Origin: Octopus bimaculoides
Taxonomy: Eukaryota
Assembly (NCBI RefSeq): GCF_001194135.2
Contig: NC_068983.1
Span: 51,845,133 to 51,885,315 of the forward strand
Length of the DNA: 40,183 bases
Direction: 5' to 3'
The notes beneath the pieces were generated by a model. The model was not told the DNA's origin and made no database searches. It saw only the letters and a program-made list of their open reading frames with translations. Positions 36,140-40,183 of the stretch are shown piece by piece. The translations under genes were made by a program, and so were the position numbers. Numbering within the stretch: position 1 is the first letter of the stretch; every line of letters starts with the position of its first letter.

Positions 36140-37589
36140 ATGAGTAACTGATAATACCATATGTATCTCCCTGGGAGAAGTGTACTGATTTACACTCCGA
36201 CTGTTTGCGCACAAATGTGTTTAAATCCCTACAAATCTTACGCGACCGGTTTTTCATTGCCCTCCGTTTTGTCTTCTTTTACATTTTCTATTCTGATTCG
36301 TTTTTCATTATTTTTCATTCTGATGTTCATATAGGCATAATTATGAGTTAAGATTTATGGTTTCTTCGAATATCTTTATTCTCAGCTGTAGTTCATAATA
36401 CCTACACTTACATTAATTGGTAATGTAAACTGATTTATAAGTGACTCTTCCAATAACTGTAAGTATACATCGTCGGTAATTTGAAGTCATATATCTACGT
36501 ATCTTACAATTTTGTAAATATAAAACGATTCGTTGCAAAGACTATATTCCAAGCAAAGGAAACGAATAACCCTTACTAAATGCCAAACGTCGTCGTTGAG
36601 TACTTACTGTGATCTATTACTGCTTACTGAAATATTCTGAGTTTTGCTCGTCCCGTAGCATATTTCGTTAATTCGCTTACATACAAAATAAATTTCGATA
36701 AATAATATCCTAGATAACACATAATTTCAAGTGATGTATTTAATGACTTTGTAAAGTGCATTATATACTATTCTATTAAACTTAAATGATATTTTCAGAG
36801 AGAAATGCCAACACTGATGGAACTGATGATAAAAATATAAATATAGAAATATATGCGTATTTAGCGATCAACAAAACCTAAAACACATAATACTCGTATT
36901 AATCAAATAATTTACGTTGAACGATTCTGAAATTTATAGTCATTTCAAATGTACATTTGTGGAAGCATCATTTTCGTTTTCACTTTAGATTACTGTGTAT
37001 GTGCTAACAGTACATAAACTCATTATAAATGGTTTACGTTGTTTTTAGTAAGTTGACAATACAAGGTATTTTAAGTAATTTTATTCTATAAAATTGTGTA
37101 GGAGGATATTATGTAGATGTTCTATTGAATTCATACGTTGTTATTTCCACGTAGTTTCGTTTGAATTTCTGATCATTTAATATTGTCTTCTGAATTATCA
37201 CTCAACGCAATATATTTATATTGAAAATAACTTTATGAAACCTAATCCCATAAAACCATTTACCGCTTAAACATAGTTATATTTCAAACAAAGATGTGAT
37301 GTGTAGCTAAGCAGTAGGCGGATCCATAATTTCTATCCCAAATAATGCCTATTAAATTTAAAATAAACGAAAGGCCTTAACAAACGAAAGACTGCACATC
37401 GTGAATAGTTTTCTTTCTTTTATAAATGTGCAGCTCCCAACTAATTACCGAGAATGTTGAGGAAGAAATAATATGATGAAATGTGATACACAGCAAAATA
37501 CAAATTTGTTGGCAAATACACTGGGTTTAAAAAGAAAGAAAATAGATGAATATACAAGTAACAATTGAGGCAATGAAACGACAGACTTA

Positions 37590-37765
37590 TTTGCACGCCA
37601 GGAAAAATTCCTTACGGCATTTCGTAGTTGAAATTACGACCGGGGTCGACTATGCCTATTATCCTTCGGCGACGATAAAACACGTACCAGTCGAGCACTA
37701 GGAGGATGCAGTCGACTCCCCGCCACACGAACGTGCAGGGGTTGTGCCAGACTTTGCAACCAATA
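37590..37765 (+). mobile_element. Highly diverged SINE family A
   Basis: 'gcacgccaggaaaaattcc...gaccggggtcgactatgcctattatccttcgg...cgtaccagtcgagcact'. Confidence 0.6.
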
Positions 37766-39039
37766 TATAAGTATCTACAGAAAATATTAATAGTGTAGTA
37801 ATATTGATCACACTAAATCTTTTTCGTACATTCTGCTATCGCATAACATAACAACTCCCTTTACAAATTATCTCATGCTGCAAGCAAATTATTAATTACT
37901 TTCTAAATCTGCACTTAACCAGGGGAATACTAAATTTTATGTTTCTACTTATTGCAGAATAGAATTAATTTGTTACCTAATCTACCTGTATTCTTCACCT
38001 AGAAATTGATGGATGAATACTTAAAAATGCTAATTTATTTACTTGCGTATATGTTTTATACTGCATTAGGTGTTACTGATACAAATTATTTTCCAAAACT
38101 TGCATTTTCCCTCTTAAGTAATTTTTAAATTATGAAAAAGGAAAAAAAATTGTCTTGGGAAATAAAATGGCAAACAATACTCCGATTCTAACTCTCTCAA
38201 GAGATTCGGTGCTATAATTGCTTTTTCTCTTTCCGTTTTCGCACCATTTTTTTCGTCATTCACTGTTTCGTCCTCTGTCTTGAAATGAAATATTTTTAAC
38301 GTTCCACACGTTGGACTCTCTATGAATATCCTCCATTTCTCTCTTGTGTATTTTGGCATATTACTAAATATTGGATGTCATTTGTTTGCTTACTAAAATT
38401 AAAAATATGCTAATAATTTTCAAGAAAACATTCGAAATTTGCTTTATTCAGAATCTATGAAATGAAACATAACGAATTGAAAGAGTCACTGAAGTATCGA
38501 ACAGAATGTTTTGCAGAACTCGTTCCAAGACACTGTGTGGTAAGTTCAATTCCCGCTGACTTCACCTTTGCATTTTAACCTTTGCGCGTCAATAATATCA
38601 TTGCATGTATACAAGGCGGTCGATAACGAAACTTCAAAAACGCCAGAACAAATATCATGCCGTATTTGCACAAAGTCTATATCTTTAAATCTTTATCTGA
38701 TCTAGCTGGAGACTGACAAATTCTCGACAAATTTAAATCCACTTGGGCGTTCTTCATTAGTGTCCACTTTATTGCAAACATTCGAGCAAGTTTTTGAAAT
38801 TACTTACTGCCATCCTTAGCAAAAGTTGGTTCCGTGTGACATGCAGTATGACCAAATCCCAAAATAATTTTGCATTTATGATTAATTAAATATGTGTACA
38901 TTTTACACACACACACAGGATGTTAACTAATGAACCGATCAACAAAAAAGCCTGATTGGGAAATTAAGGAGCAAGTGGCTCAGCAATCCCCAAGCACATT
39001 TGACGCACTTCTACGTCAGATAGTACTTTACACAGACTG

Positions 39040-39207
39040 TGACAAGCTCCCCCCATTTCAGTACATGTAGAAGTAATTTTTCCCACGTTATATGACTGGA
39101 GCAACGGAGAGTAAAGTGCTTTGTTCAATGATGCGACGCACCGCTAGGAATTGAACTCACAATTTGGGATAGTGAGCCGAATACCCTAACCACTAAGATA
39201 CAGGCCG
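39040..39207 (-). mobile_element. SINE family C-like 5' part
   Basis: 'gactggagcaacggagagtaaagtgctttgttcaa...ggaattgaactcacaa...ataccctaaccactaag'. Confidence 0.75.
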
Positions 39208-39248
39208 TGTGTATATACATGCATATATGTATGTGGTATGTATGAATG

Positions 39249-39308
<60 letters not shown>

Positions 39309-39420
39309 TATATATAATATTAGGGATAAAATCGAAAATTACAGGTAAAAACTCAATTAAAATCAATTTCTTAAAATCAAAATTAAATTAAGTTTCACAG
39401 TATAAAATATATATAAATAT

Positions 39421-40149
39421 ATAGTATTAGGAGAAAAAAAACTCCAAGGTTTATGAACTCATCGATGAAAATTCACTGTCACATATAGAAAAAAAATATA
39501 ATTAAAAGTACAATAAATAAGTATAATATAATACAAAGTAAATATCATAAGATGAAGATAATAAAATGACTACACGTGTTTCATAACCAATTTTCAGATA
39601 GAAAGAAATTTAAATCAAATCGATTAAAATCGATTAAAACTATCGAAAATTTATTATTTTAAACTTAAACTTCGTTCAAATCGTATTTTAAACGAAAAAA
39701 CTGGTTTAGTTAGTTTTTATATATAATATACTTATTAGATTATTTTATAATGGATGTAGGTTTGATTATGGTATGGTTATTATTTTGATATTTTAATAAT
39801 ATTTTTATATAATATCTTTATATAATAAGTATTTTATATACAATCAGTTGTTATTTATTGTTTGCTGATATATACATTCATTTATTATTATTATTGTATT
39901 TTGACATGAAGATTAGCTATATTTTTGAATAGAATTGATTTTCGATAGTTTTAATCGAATTTAATCGATTTAGATTTCTTTCTATTTGAAAATTGGTTGT
40001 GAAATACGTGTAGTCATTTTATTATCTTCATCTTATGATATTTACTTTGTATTATATTATACTTATTTATTGTACTTTTAATTATAAATGTTTTCTATAT
40101 GTGACATTGGATTTTCATCGATGAGTTCATAAACCTTTTTTTTCCCTGA

Positions 40150-40155
<6 letters not shown>
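39421..40155. mobile_element. Foldback/MITE-like non-autonomous element: ~220-230-bp terminal inverted repeats around a ~290-bp AT-rich spacer, embedded in TA repeats
   Basis: 39421-39650 is the reverse complement of 39938-40155, including an 81-bp perfect stretch (39497-39577); no ORF. Confidence 0.85.

Positions 40156-40183
<28 letters not shown>

Noticed and set aside
38804-38900. Minus-strand frame containing 'CHTE' (HxE-like) before a gtaag donor
   Set aside because: No credible acceptor, phase incompatible with the other candidate exons, and no PCxxC partner; probably chance.
1-40183. CRISPR array, rRNA, or prokaryotic operon/defence system
   Set aside because: No regularly spaced repeat-spacer array, rRNA similarity or gene-dense coding; the DNA is clearly eukaryotic and repeat-rich.

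Overview
AT-rich eukaryotic intronic or intergenic DNA from a draft assembly, with 8 N-gaps totalling about 3.9 kb. The dense (TA)/(CA)/(GATA)/(AAT)/(GAA) microsatellites and the recurring tRNA-headed SINE families point to an octopus/coleoid cephalopod genome (inference, not a database match). No long genuine ORF is present: nearly all tracked ORFs are microsatellite, gap or chance frames. Well-supported content is transposon-derived: a decayed R4/Dong-like RLE LINE (~121-856), an RTE-type LINE 3' end with an (AAT)n tail (~12850-13424), an internally deleted Tc1/mariner DD37D (maT)-like relic (~27426-28167), about 17 SINE copies or fragments in three ad hoc families (A, B, C), and a long-inverted-repeat foldback/MITE-like element in TA repeats (39421-40155). 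The most interesting unexplained signals are: a GC-rich pre-miRNA-like hairpin (21403-21481) overlapping a candidate exon next to a CpG-enriched, possibly bidirectional promoter; two minus-strand candidate exons that splice in phase into a peptide loosely resembling the C-terminus of AID/APOBEC-like deaminases (speculative); closely spaced inverted SINE pairs (possible A-to-I editing substrates); and a ~350-bp diverged duplication. All exon calls are low confidence. No convincingly novel system can be established from the sequence alone.
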